This document shows positions 51,170 to 63,360 of a stretch of 64,000 nt of DNA, piece by piece (the first letter of the stretch is position 1; every line of letters starts with the position of its first letter). The notes beneath the pieces are model-generated. The model ran no database searches, was not told where the DNA came from, and saw only the letters and a program-made list of their open reading frames with translations. Source of the DNA: Carcharhinus longimanus (Eukaryota); NCBI GenBank assembly GCA_030264375.1, contig JASCQW010000098.1, positions 13,159,653 through 13,223,652 of the forward strand. The letters are read 5' to 3'. The translations under genes were made by a program, and so were the position numbers.

Positions 51170-51752
51170 GTAGGGGCTAATGGTTTCCTACAGACTTTGG
51201 TCAGAACATTGACTACAGAAGTTGGGATGTCCTGTTCAAGTTGAACAAGATATTGTAGGGCCACACTTGGAATACTGTGTACAGTTCTGGTCACCATAAT
51301 CATAAAACTTATATTATGAAACTAGAAAGAGTGCAGAAAAGATTTACTAAGAATGCACCAGGACTTGATGGTTTGAGTTATAAGAGGCTGGATAGATTGG
51401 AACCTTTTTCCCTGGAGCGCAGGAGACTTAGGGGTGGCCTTATAGAGATTTATAAAATAATGAAGGACATGTATCAGCTAGATACATTTTTTCCCAAAGG
51501 TAGGGGAGTCTAAAACTAGAGGGAGGGAGACACAAGGGTCTAGAGTGGCAATTTTTTCACACAGATGGTGGTGAGCATCTGCAACAAGCTGCCAGAGGTA
51601 GCAGTAGAGGCAGGTACAATTTTATCCTTTAAAAAGCATTTAGATAGTCACATGGATAAAATGGGTATAGAGGGATTAGTGGTTAAAAAAGGCAGCATGA
51701 ACAAGTTGGGCCAAAGGACCCATTTCCATGCTATAAACCTCTGTGATTCTAT
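51170..51752 (+). mobile_element. CR1-type LINE 3' end
   Basis: ORF 51277..51513 LERVQKRFT...FSLERRRLRGGLIEIYKIMK. Confidence 0.88.
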
Positions 51753-52486
51753 AAATAGCACACCCATTGGAGAAGCACAGAACTATCGACAGCAACTTGC
51801 AGATTCCTACATTCACTACAAATGTGTGAACTCCAAAGTTATTGCCAGTTCAAGGGTTATTAATGATGAATACTGACAAATTCACCATAATTTCTACCAC
51901 AAAATCTAAACCATTCACTGGAGCACAATACATTAAGGACAATAACATTTCCACATCTTTTTCCCCTGAAAAGTTTTCATATGCATTGTATAATTTTAGA
52001 TGACTAACTGAAGCTTCAATTAACACTTCAAAACTCCTGCAATTTTCTTCCTTCTTTGTCAATGCACGACATGTATTGAATACCACAAAAATGTACATCA
52101 CCAACTTAGTTCAACTGCATTTCTTCATTCATCAAGTCCAATGCTCGTACTTGTCTCAATTTTGATTTTAGGAAGACCCCATTAGAGGATGGATTGATAA
52201 AATAGAACTGTCTATATAAAGTATAGCGCTATACTAACAGCAATAACAGTCAATTTTGCTCCATTGTCTCAAAATAGCCTGCATGAATACTAGCAATGTT
52301 GGGATGAAGGAAACAGCAAGTGATAAAATGCAAATGCAATAATTTCAGCTACAAATACAGCCAACCACTCCTTAAATAATTGTATATTTCAGTTTTATCA
52401 AACAATCCAATTAACGTTTCAGTTGAACAGTATATTAAAATGCTCAATATCTTAATAGATCCAATTTAGCTTATTATTAACTTTAC

Positions 52487-52640
52487 CTAGAACATCAGGT
52501 GGTTCTGACTGGAGACCTTCTGGTTGTTGTCCCTGAAGCATATCAAGTAGAGCTTGTAAACTTCTCAGACATAATGCAGGATGAGAGAACCGTGTCTCTT
52601 TTATAAGTTCAAATACACCACAAAGTCCAATTCCTATGAT
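52487..52640 (-). CDS. MYCBP2: MYCBP2 exon 4 (154 bp), IIGIGLCGVFELIKETRF...SEPPDVL
   Basis: ttacag acceptor, TAG|GTAAAG donor; ORF 52452..52649. Confidence 0.97.
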
Positions 52641-53279
52641 CTGTAACACAAGAATTTATACAATTGTACACTTAAGTAACAATGAATTTAAGTCAGCTTA
52701 ACTTTTAAGTTTAACTTTTCTATGGGAGGAAAATACATTCTTGCTACAATTCAAACGTCTGTACATTCCAAATAGACCTCTTCAAGCACTGTTTATTGTA
52801 AAACAATCTTTTCTGACTTGCAAAGACAGAAGAAATTGTATCATGTATTATATCGTATGATGACAGCGTATAACATGAAGCAACAAGGCAAAATTACTGT
52901 TGCAAGTTATATTAATGGTGATATTGCAAAGTGAATCCTTTTTTAAGAATGAGCATGTTAAACAATATTTCCAGTGCAGATATTAGACTTACTGGAGAAA
53001 CAAAAGTGGCAGATGGAAAGGAAATACTATGTTGGGAATCATTAGATTTGCTTCATATTGCTCTCTTCTTGCTTAATGTTAAATTTTAACTGGAAGTGCC
53101 AATTATTAGTTTCCACTGCAACTGACCGTGCGTTAATTAGGGTGTTCCACAGCTGTACAACTGTGATTCATCACTGCCGCCCAAGTACAAAATTTCAATA
53201 ATTCACGGCCATTTTTGATTTTCCATTGTGTCTGGGAAGAAAATTGGTATTATCTATTTAAAAACTAAGAAATAAAAAG

Positions 53280-53985
53280 CCCTGGCAAGGTGTGAGGTGA
53301 TACATTTTGAGAGGCAAGGGACAATGAACGGTAGGACACGAGGAAGTACAGAAGACTAGAGGAACCTTGGGTGCATGTCCAAAGGTAGATAAGATAGTTA
53401 AGAAGATAGAGGAGATACTTGTCTTTATTAGTTGAGGTATAGAATTTAGGAGCAGAGATGTCAGGATGGAGCTGTATAAAACACTCATTACGCCACAGCT
53501 AGAGTATTGTGTGCAGTTCTGGTCACCACACTCTAGGAAGAATATGATTGCACTAGGAAGGGTGCAGAGGAGATTCACCAGCATGTTGCTTGGGTTGGAG
53601 AGTTTCAGCTATGAAGAGAGGCTGGAAATGCTGTGGCTGTTTTCCTTGGAGCAAAGAAGGTTAAAGAGGGAGCTCATCAAAGTGTACAAAATTGAGAGGG
53701 ATATAGATGGGAAAAAACGTTTCCCTGTAGCAGAGGGGCCAATTTCCAGGGGTCATAGATTCAAGATAAGAAACAGGAGATTTAGAGCTGATTTGAGGAA
53801 AAACTGACCCGCCCAGAGGATGATGGGAATCTGGAACTCTGTCACATTTAAGAAGCATTTAGATGAGTACTTGAAAAGCCATAGCATACAAGGTTACAGA
53901 CCAAGTGCTGGTAAACGGGATTCAGAATAGATAGGTGCTTGATAGCTGTCATAGACAAGGGACTCTGCTATAAAACTCTATAGCT
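53280..53985 (+). mobile_element. CR1-type LINE 3' end
   Basis: ORF 53466..53807 LYKTLITPQLEYCVQFWSP...RVQRRFT...FSLEQRRL. Confidence 0.9.
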
Positions 53986-54241
53986 CCAAAATCTCTAGCT
54001 AAATTGTAAAAACAATTGCACTAAGATTCATACACATCACTATCTAGAGGTAAAAATCTTATCATCACTTTTTTAATTTAAAAAAAATTCACCCGCATCT
54101 TCCAACTCTATACACTGGCCTGAAACATGAATTTTGTTTCTCACTACAAATGTGGGCTGAGCTGAAGGTTTTAGCAGTTTTGTTTTTTCCCTTTAAATTT
54201 CCAACATGCAGTGCTATTGTAAAAGAATTTTAGCTGCTTAC

Positions 54242-54457
54242 CTTGGGTAGTTTAATTGGAGGCTCCCTTAACTCCTCCTCCTCATCAGTGTCTGACTCTC
54301 CACTCTGGATCGAATTCTTTGAGGCCAACGTCAGGGAGGCTTCTTTCCTTTGCCATTCCAAGACACATTGGCGTACATTGCAGTAAACATTGAAGGCCGA
54401 GGGGTTGCTATGGACCTTGATATCTGGAATAGGCGATGCGTTTTCCAAATTCTCAGT
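54242..54457 (-). CDS. MYCBP2: MYCBP2 exon 3 (216 bp), TENLENASPIPDIK...EPPIKLPK
   Basis: cttcag acceptor, AAG|GTAAGC donor; ORF 54230..54448. Confidence 0.97.
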
Positions 54458-55656
54458 CTGAAGGAGAAGTCATAATTCAGATTCTTACTTCATTAGTAAT
54501 AATGAAAATTCTTGAACAAATTTTATGGCTCATCATTCATGCTTAAGTAGAGCATAAAAACCATGAGCAGTAATCAACATAGGTCATGCTTCACAAGTGT
54601 ATTGAATATAATGCAAACAAGGACAGACATGACGTATCCAGCAAATAAAAGTTAGGATTTTCAAGGAGTATTTGGTAATTTTTTTTTAAACAGAAGTCAT
54701 CAAAATTGCAGCTCCATTGCTATTAATTGTACCTAAAAATTTGTGCTAAAAATTGGCATAAGATTAGAAATCAAGTAGCCAAATACACACTGATGACCAA
54801 TAACAAGCAGTCTAGTTCCTCAGTGTTAGGTCATTTGGCTTTTGTATTGTTCATAAGTATGATAGAATATGGTCATGACGTAGAAAACAGAGAAAAAGAG
54901 TGTAGAAGAAAGAATAGTGAAAATGTATTGGCTAAGGCAGCACATGTGATTCAAAGAGATGTCATGACTGATGAAATTGATTTTTCATATTGCACACAGC
55001 GTATACAAATAGAAACTACAAGTTATTTTGCACATGTGAAAGATGCATCAAAATGTTAAAAGATTAAATGATCTCTCCAATATTTAAATAGGCACTACCA
55101 GCCAAATGGAAAGCACTCAATAGAACAGTCATTCAAGATCTCAGTATTCTGAAAGGAAACAGTACCATATGCCCAATCAGGAATAACAGGTGATGCATTG
55201 CTTTCTGGAGTATTATCAACCTTCTAAATAAGACTGATGCTTAACCTTTCCAACAGTCATTAAAATGTAACTACGTAGAACACATAAGGTCAGACTAACC
55301 ATCTATTTCCAGTGTTACCTTGTCAACATTCTTAATTTCAAAACCTCATCCAGGCAGCGTACGAGTTCCACCTAAGCAGCAATAATTTAATTTGCAGGCA
55401 GTGGAAATTTTAATGAAATGAGTGCATTTATTCTTAAAAATTTTGTTAATATATCTTTTGTTTCTTGACATCTTGTAGAGTTCTTAAACATCCAGCTTAG
55501 GGAAATTAATAGCAAAGAAAAATTTTAAACAAAAATCAGATTTTGCATCAAAAGTAATGGTGAAGCCAATAACACTCAACATTATTATAGAGGAAAGCAG
55601 TGTGCGCACACATGCAGTCAAATCTGGAAATTAAAATACATTTCTCTCTCTCTTTG

Positions 55657-56030
55657 GTTCTAACAAAGAGTCAAAAGCACTCGAAACATTAACTCTGCTT
55701 TCTCTCAGATACACTAGGGACCTGGGTTCGATTCTCTGCTTGGGTCACTGTCTGTGCAGAATTTATACATTCTCTCCACGTCTGCATGGATTTCCTCCGG
55801 GTGATCTGGCTTCTTCCCACAGTCCAAGACGCAGTGCTTTGGCTATGCTAAATTCTCCCTCAATCTACCCGAACAGGTGCCAGAGTGTGGTGAGTAGGGG
55901 ATTTTCACAATAACTTCACTGCTATGTGAATGTAAGCCTAATAAATAAACTTTAAAGATGCTGCCTGACCTCCTGACATTTTCCAGCATCCTCTGTTCTT
56001 GTTTCAGATTCCAGCAGTATTTTGCTTTTT
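55657..56030 (+). mobile_element. Penelope-type terminal block split by a 5'-truncated V-SINE (55711-55955)
   Basis: gttCTAACAAagagtc...cactcGAAACATTaac...ctcagat, then SINE, then agatgctgcctgacc...ttccagcat resumes. Confidence 0.65.
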
Positions 56031-56464
56031 ACACTATTTCTTGCCTTATTCACATGTCCCAGATCACGTTTAGGAGGATGTGGAAATGTTCTGACTTTCG
56101 ATTTATCACAGGTTGTAATACAAAAGCCCACATAAAGTCTGCAGGAAACCAAGTATAGTTAACAGTTATTGCTATTCCTTTATCACTGACTACAAAATCT
56201 GACCCATGTAGCATTTCATGATAATTTCAAATAATTGAAACAGGGTTTTAAGTGTTCTGAGCATGACGGTGAAAGGTGGCATGTATTAGCAGTTTATCGG
56301 AGAAAATAAACAATAGCATTAATGCGACTTTAATGTACCATGCACTTCCTCAGATCAGTCTGTAGTTGTTAAATTATTCTAAGCAATAAACAATGGGAAA
56401 AGTCCAGAGCTTAAGTGTAAATAGTCCCACTGTACTTTTATTCACCTGTACAAAGCAGCATCAT

Positions 56465-57520
56465 AAAATTACAGAAAGACGCAGCAGAGCAAAAGGACAT
56501 TGGGCCTATCATGCCTGAGCCAGTTCTTTGAAAAAGCTATCCAATTAGTCCAATTCCCTTGTTATTTTCCCATAAGTCCAGTAAACATGTTTAATTCATT
56601 TATCCAATTGCCTTTATAAAGTTATTATTGATTAAAATTCTGCCATCTTTTCAGGCAGTGCGTGCCAAGTGATATCTCACTGCAAAAAAAGAAAATCATA
56701 TCAGCGCTCCATGTTTTGCCAATCACCTTCAGTCTAGGTCTGTTGACTATCAATCCTCTCGCCACTGAAAACAGTTCCTCATTCTTTCTTCAAAACTATT
56801 CATAATTTTGAACATATTTATCAAATCACCTCTTAACTTTTCTGCTCTAAACAACATAACCCCAGCTTCCATTCCAATGCTTCTAATCTACAGCTTTTCC
56901 AAGGCCTTGGCATCTTTCATAAAGTGTAGTGCCCAGAATGGAGCAAAACACTCTAGCTGAGAACTATCCGATGTTTCATGAAGATTTAGCATAATTTCCT
57001 TGCTTTTGTACTTCATACATTCTTTCCCAAGTAGTCTTCTCATCTTCTCCAGTCACTTTTGAAGATGTATATGTATGTCCCAGATTTCACTGTTGCCGCA
57101 CTCCCTTTAAAACTGTATCACTTTACATTGCCTGTCCTCTTTCTTCTTCCCATGAAAATATATCACTTCATACTTTTACACATTAACTTTGATCTGACAG
57201 TCTGTCCGTCTTACCAGTCTATATCCTCCTGAAGCCTGTTACTATCATCCTCACCCTTTACTAAATTTGAGTTTTGTAGCATCTGCCAACCTTGAAATTA
57301 TGGCCTGTATACCCAAATATTTTTCAAAAGGAGCAGTGGTCCTAATAGTGGTCTCTGGAGAGTGCCACATCACAATTTCCTCCAGTCGAAAAAACAAACG
57401 TTCATTACTACTCTCTGTTCCCCAGCCAATTTTGTATCCAATGTGACATTTTTCTAATTCAATCTCATGGATTTTAATTTTGCTTACAAATCTACTATGT
57501 GGTGATTTGGCAAATAAATG
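56465..57520 (-). mobile_element. Decayed CR1-type LINE 3' fragment
   Basis: gcccagaatggagcaaaacactctag (reverse of LEXXXQFWA); gcatctgccaac (reverse of FADD region). Confidence 0.7.
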
Positions 57521-57681
57521 GTGTTGGAGAGATAGAAAGATTTAGGGAGCAAATTCCAGAGTGTGGGGCCTAGGCAGTTGAAGGGTGTATTTTCATAGTA
57601 AATATTACTAACCACCAGCCACATCCTATCACAATGCATTTTTTTTCTTCTTCAAACTACTGAGCAAATAAATCTACTTGC

Positions 57682-57757
57682 CTTTGTTCGTGTTTTCACT
57701 TTGGACTTGGTCTTCTGTTTCCTTTTAAGTTTTTTCTTGCTCAAAGCTTTTTTATTT
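57682..57757 (-). CDS. MYCBP2: MYCBP2 exon 2 (76 bp), (R)NKKALSKKKLKRKQKTKSKVKTRTK
   Basis: tttcag acceptor, phase 2 start; Lys-rich peptide matches recalled orthologue; donor AAG|GCAAGT (GC). Confidence 0.93.
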
Positions 57758-58138
57758 CTGAAACAGCAATGAACAATTTGTAAATTAAAGATATATCTAC
57801 ATAATTATTCCTTGCAGCCTACAACTTAGAAAAAAACTTTTTTCCCACGAAAGAACTAAGCCATTTAAATCTGACCTACTGGAAATATTAAATAGAAATG
57901 TGTAATTATCTGGCTGACGTTTTGCTTGGTGATTATCTTATTAGCACTGCACTAATATACTTGTGTTCACTACAAGAGCAGACAAAAACATAAAAATAGG
58001 CTTCAAGTTTAATAATAATTTGACACTTCAACAATATGCTGATAAATTTCTATTTTGTGCACAAAACAGAGCAAAAACACTTATCTACCCCAATATACAT
58101 GGGTCAATAAATGGTTTTAAACAGGACCAAAAACCCAA

Positions 58139-58207
58139 GCAGTTTTTTGGATTGTAACTTGGAGCACTGCAGTTTTTTGGATTGTAACTTGGAGCACTGC
58201 AGTTTTT
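58139..58207. repeat. Perfect 30-bp tandem duplication (agttttttggattgtaacttggagcactgc x2.3)
   Basis: Read directly. Confidence 0.95.
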
Positions 58208-58779
58208 CAAATTTACCGTACAGCTGTTATTCTCATTGATTTCCAAGAGAACAGCACAATTGTTTTAAGTAGACAAACAATTTGCAATACCTCATGAATA
58301 GTGCTGAGTCTGCATTCTGAAGTGCACGTTTGCCGTGCTGTATCTGCTTTATCCACAACCCTTGCGCCACAGTGAGTCAGATCTCCTGGCTCACTTTGCA
58401 GTGTAAATAGGCTAAGCCCAGTACTTTGGACTGTTTCAACAGCCTTTGGTTTTTCAAGTTCGAAAATGGATAACTGTTTTTGTGTTTAGATATGCAGTGT
58501 GTATTTGACAACATAATATTATTTTAAAATTTATAACACAAGAAAGCTGTGTCTTATAGCATAAGCTGCTTCAAAATGGCATCAGTTAATTTGCTACCTA
58601 AATTAATGTTGAAAGTTGACAAATAAACAGGAGCTCTTACTTGTTCTTGGGACTCTTGGCCTTCTGCAGGAAAATCAGAACTTTCTTCACTGCAAATGCC
58701 ACAGGTGAAATGCAGAGGAATAGTATTCAATGAGCATTGTCCAAGCATACAATTTGCAATGCAAAACACTACCCATACA

Positions 58780-59340
58780 TTCTACGTCAAAAACAGCTAT
58801 TTTCTTCACTGCAGTACTGCCCATTTCTGACCTCATTTCAACCTACCCACTGCTAAAACCCGATCCATATTTTCTTCCCTTCAGGTTATTCTCATGATCA
58901 GCCTCCCATGCTCCACAAATGTCAGCCCTGCTGCACATATTTTAACCTGCACCAAGGCCTCCCCGCCCCCCGCCATCACTGATTGCTCATTGATTGACAC
59001 TGGCTCCCAGTGCATCAAAACCTCCACTTTAAAATGCACATTCTGGTGTTCAAATTTCTGAATGGCCCTGTTCCTTCCTTACCTCGGAAACCTCCTTCAG
59101 CCCTACAAGCCTCCTGAACCTATAAATTTCAGCAACTCTGGGCTCATGTACAACCCTGACTCTATTTGCCTCACTTCTGGTGGCTGTGTCAATATCTGGA
59201 CTCTAAATTGTAAAATTCCCTCTCAATCTTTTCAATTCACTCTTCTTGTATGAGATCTTCCTAAAACCTACTTCTAACTAATCTTCCAGTCACCCCTATT
59301 AATATCTCCTCATTTAGTTCAATGTCAATTTCCATCTGAT
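58780..59340 (+). mobile_element. Decayed L2-type LINE 3' end
   Basis: cactggctcccagt (HWLP) ...ctggtgttcaaatt...acctc..aacctccttcagccctac. Confidence 0.55.
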
Positions 59341-60344
59341 GCTTTGTTCCTATATTAAGGGAACAACAGAATTCTAAGTTGTTGTTCTGTAACTCATTCC
59401 TCATGTTTGAAAGCAGAAAACGTCTTCACACTTTAGCTTTTCAAGGGAATATTTTGCGCAAAAGGCTTTCTTTGAAAAAAATAATTAATTGGCTTACATA
59501 CACAACAGGAAAACACTGCATTATCTGGCGGTTTGTCTCCCATTTGACAACCTCAAAACATAGCCAGCAGACAAACCTACTGTCTGTCTGATAGTTTTGG
59601 AAACTTACGGGGAAGCTCAAGGACACATGACTGTGGCATTGACATTGGTGCATGCTATACCAAAGCAAAGACTTTTCTCACTTAGATTCAGGCATGGCAT
59701 TTGCAATGAAGAAACATACCCTTTAACATCTGCTATAGGCTTTATCCAAGAAAATTGAGAACAAGCCTACACATGAAGTATCCAATTAATTCCTCAATAT
59801 ACTCAATGCAATTTTATTGTAAAATGTACAATTTTAGTCATATTATTGTTGTCTTCAAACTGAAATGTAGTTTTTAATGCTGTGAGCTTAAAGCAGTCAT
59901 TAATGACTTCAAATTATGTGGATTCACATCCCATTTATTAAACAGCAAATTATCACAGTTAAAAATAATAATCTTGACAAGATGGACCATAAATGCTTTC
60001 TTGAAATGGCTCAGAGTGAAATGCTAAAATACTAACACTAGGATAAGTAATATGAAGGAATTTTATTGAAACAAATACACTTTACAGAAGATCACCTCAG
60101 ATCATGTTAACCCCATGTTACTTAATCGATGAAAAACAACAAAATTCAACATTTCCCCTTATTAATGCTGTGTAAGACTGAAAGTCATTGTTACATCTCT
60201 GTATTGTATACATCTGACCACTCGGAAAATCTAACCCACTATTGCTATATTAGTTCTATTGATTTTAGAAAATGTGTTTATTTCACTTGTTCCTTCTACA
60301 TCTTTTTGCAATTCAGATGGTAGGAATCCTACAAGTAACACCTC

Positions 60345-60900
60345 CTGTCACCCCAAGATCTGTCATAAGGCACAAATCAGATGCATGATGAACACTTGCC
60401 TGAATGTGCAACTTCAAGTCATGCAACTTGCTTGACACCATACAGGACAAAGCAGAATGGTTGAATGGCACCCCATCCACAAACATTAATTCCCTCCAAC
60501 GCTAACATTTAGTGACAGCCATATGTACCATCTACAAGATGCAATGGAGGAATTCACCAAGTCTCCTGAAACAGCATCTTCCAGATGCACAACCACTACC
60601 ATCTAGAAGGACACAGGCAGCAGAAACGTGGGAAAGCACCATCTGGAACTTCCACTCCAAGTCACTCACCATTGCTGCCATTCCTTCACTGGATCATAAT
60701 CTTGAAACTTCTTCTCTAACAGAACTGTGGGTGCACCTACACCACATGGACTACAGCGTTCAAGTAGGCAGCCCACCACTACCTTCTCATGGACAATTAG
60801 GGATGGGCAATCTAGTCAGTGACACACATCCCATTAAAAAATTTTAAAAATACTCAATTCAAGGGTGAACAGAGATGGGCAACAGATACTGGCCTAACAA
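60345..60900 (+). mobile_element. CR1/L2-group LINE 3' end
   Basis: ORF 60512..60847 (CTIYKMQ...LLKQHLP); tail ggacaattagggatgggcaa. Confidence 0.7.
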
Positions 60901-62714
60901 GTATTTCTTAGAAACTGGTAGTGATAAAATATAATTTAATCAAATTTCGCACTCACTATCTGAAGGAAACACCTTTTATATTTCAAGACATTGCCTCTGA
61001 ACATCCAAATTAAAACTGCAGGTTTATTAAGCAGCGAATTACCAAAGGCAAGAATCCACACTCTACACAAAATAGCAGTGCAAACATTCTTTGAAAAAAC
61101 AATTCAATACACAGACCATTTTATAAATTAACAAATTTATAAAATTTTAAATTTAAGATTCTCAAATTTATTTTAGAATCTAAAGTATTTTACATTTGAG
61201 AAATAGATTTTCTTAGTTTATGACTTCTATCATTAGCAATTTGCTACTATTAGTAGTTAAGACTAACTGTTAGTATATGCCCAAAAAAATTCAAATGAAT
61301 TTGCATTCAACTGTTCACAATGGTTAGACCGAACTGCAGGTTAATTAAATAGATTAGCAAAGAATTAAAGTATAATCCCATAAACTATACACAGGAGTGA
61401 CTTATGCCAATTGAACCCATTCCTTGAAATACTATAAAAGTTTGCTCCTAATCACATATGATTCCATATAAACACCATCTAGTTACTGGAAATGCTATGC
61501 TTAGATCAGAATTTCTGGAGAAATTGCTATACAGATAAAAATCAATTTACAAACTGTCATATCACTGCCCATCTAATTGCCTATTTTGCAAGGCAAACTA
61601 TAGATAATATTTATCAAAGGTGCAAGTATTTTTAACTTGAAGTTCAAACAATTAAAACCCCAATAAATCAGACTGATTTGCACTTGTTTTATATGATTTA
61701 TTCCAGTTTTAATGCTTGTGGGCCTGGAGATAGAAAGGTTTCTTTCCCTCACTATTACCACATTGGTGGCTAAATGCTAACTAGAAAAAATAAATTATTC
61801 AAGTGTTAAAGTTTGCAAATGAATGGAAATGCAGAACTAAACGACTCCCAAGGTGTCACGGTACCCATCCTCATGTGAGCAAGGAATAAACTGAACATAC
61901 CCAAGTGACATAAAAACCCAAGTGTTTTAATGTCTTTATTCGGGAAATTTCTACAATTTCCATATGACCAGAAGAAATATACAGCATATTACGTTTAAAG
62001 TAAAAAGGTACAGTTGTAAATTCTTTCCCAATAGTAAGCTGCCTGCTTGATCTACAGGCTAACTAGAACACAGTTAATTTGTTTCAAGAAATTGGATAAG
62101 TCATTGGCCATGCATGGGGCAATGGAAATTTGAAGACTAGGCACTACAACTTCTGTAAGCGAAATAAAACGAAGCCCCAAATAACCAAGATAGCCTAATT
62201 TTCTCAATAATTATCAGTAGTTAATATTTCAGTGCATTCATTGAAAGATTCTGAACTTGGCTACCTTTTAAGACCTAGAAAGTTCTACAGGAGCATGAGC
62301 TACAGGCTTTTCTTTCATCTGTAACTATCTGCTTCAAACAGTCTATCCCTTACCACCAACTAAATAAGCTGTCGGGGAGTCACCATGCATGTATCATCTC
62401 CAAGAAAACTGCAAAAATAAACTTCAGTTATTATTCTGCAAGTTTAAATCATTTTTAAAGCACCTCAATGTCAGTCGCTATGCAGTTTTGCAATGGTGAA
62501 TTTTTTTGGTTGCAAATAAATTTCAGTTTCAGACTGAAGTGTACAATGTGATATTATGATACTGACTGATGTTTGGAGGGGACAATGAGTTTGTGTTGCC
62601 TAAATAGCATCAGCCTCCAGAGTCTACAGCTGGTCACTCCAGTATAGGTCCTTAATAGTTGTATACCTGCAGTCTGAATTTAAGTACTACAAAATTCAAT
62701 AACTCAAGTTCCCA

Positions 62715-62921
62715 ATATGTAAGAAGATTACAGATAGTTCCAAGAAAAATAGGATGGTAATAGTAGGGGTTTTAACTTTCCCAACATTGACTGGGACGGC
62801 CACAGTATTAGAGGCTTAGATGAAGAGAAATTTGTTGAGTACATTCAGAAGAAATTCCTCATTCAGTATGTGGATGGCCTGACTAGAGAGGGGGGCAAAA
62901 CTTGACCTCCTCTTGGGAAAT
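62715..62921 (+). mobile_element. CR1 APE-endonuclease fragment
   Basis: Reads MVIVG/FNFPNIDW...FVEYIQKKFLIQYVDGLTREG/KLDLLLGN with frameshifts. Confidence 0.8.
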
Positions 62922-62999
62922 AGGTCTTTAGCATGCCCTGTTTTTCTAATCTGATAAATATGTGCTTCTCTGGAGAATTAAAATTTTAGGTGACAGCAT

Positions 63000-63360
63000 T
63001 GGCAGCACTGTCAACTCTCAGAGATAAGGTGTGGTTCAAAGTTGCATTAGAAACTTTAGTACATAATATATGACACCATTCAGATCAATAGTGAGCAAGT
63101 ACTACATTTGTTGCAGTGCCATCTTTCACTTAAAATGTTAAACCATCTGCCCTCTCAGGTAAGCATAAAGTTCTCACAGCACTATTAAGTAGCCTGGCCA
63201 ATATTTATCTCAAATCAACATCCCTGAGTGCTAAATTGTGTAGCTGTTAATCTTATTTAAATTTAAATTGGTTAATGTAGTTTCTTACCAACAAAAGCGA
63301 CTAAACATCAAAAACTACTTCATTCTCAATGGTGTAATATGGTACATTGTGAAAAGTGTC
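63000..63360 (+). mobile_element. Decayed Deu-domain SINE
   Basis: gtgccatctttca..atgttaaac..tctgccctctcaggt..cctggccaatatttatc; a partial copy also lies at ~18810-18960. Confidence 0.5.

Larger units (their letters stand above)
151..57757 (-). other. MYCBP2: MYCBP2 gene body, partial: 27 coding exons (2-28); continues beyond both window ends
   Basis: Spliced translation matches recalled vertebrate MYCBP2 motifs in order ([74 protein letters not shown]). Splice phases are compatible at every junction. Confidence 0.98.

Noticed and set aside
151-57757. U12-type (minor) introns as the explanation for the odd donors
   Set aside because: None of the 27 donors matches RTATCCTT; the non-canonical ones fit U2-type GC-AG.
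58139-58207. 30-bp repeat as a CRISPR-like array
   Set aside because: No spacers, only two units, eukaryotic intron context.
61120-61280. Cluster of short AT-rich palindromes (agattct/agaatct, tagcaatttgcta)
   Set aside because: Expected by chance at this very high AT content; no extended stem.
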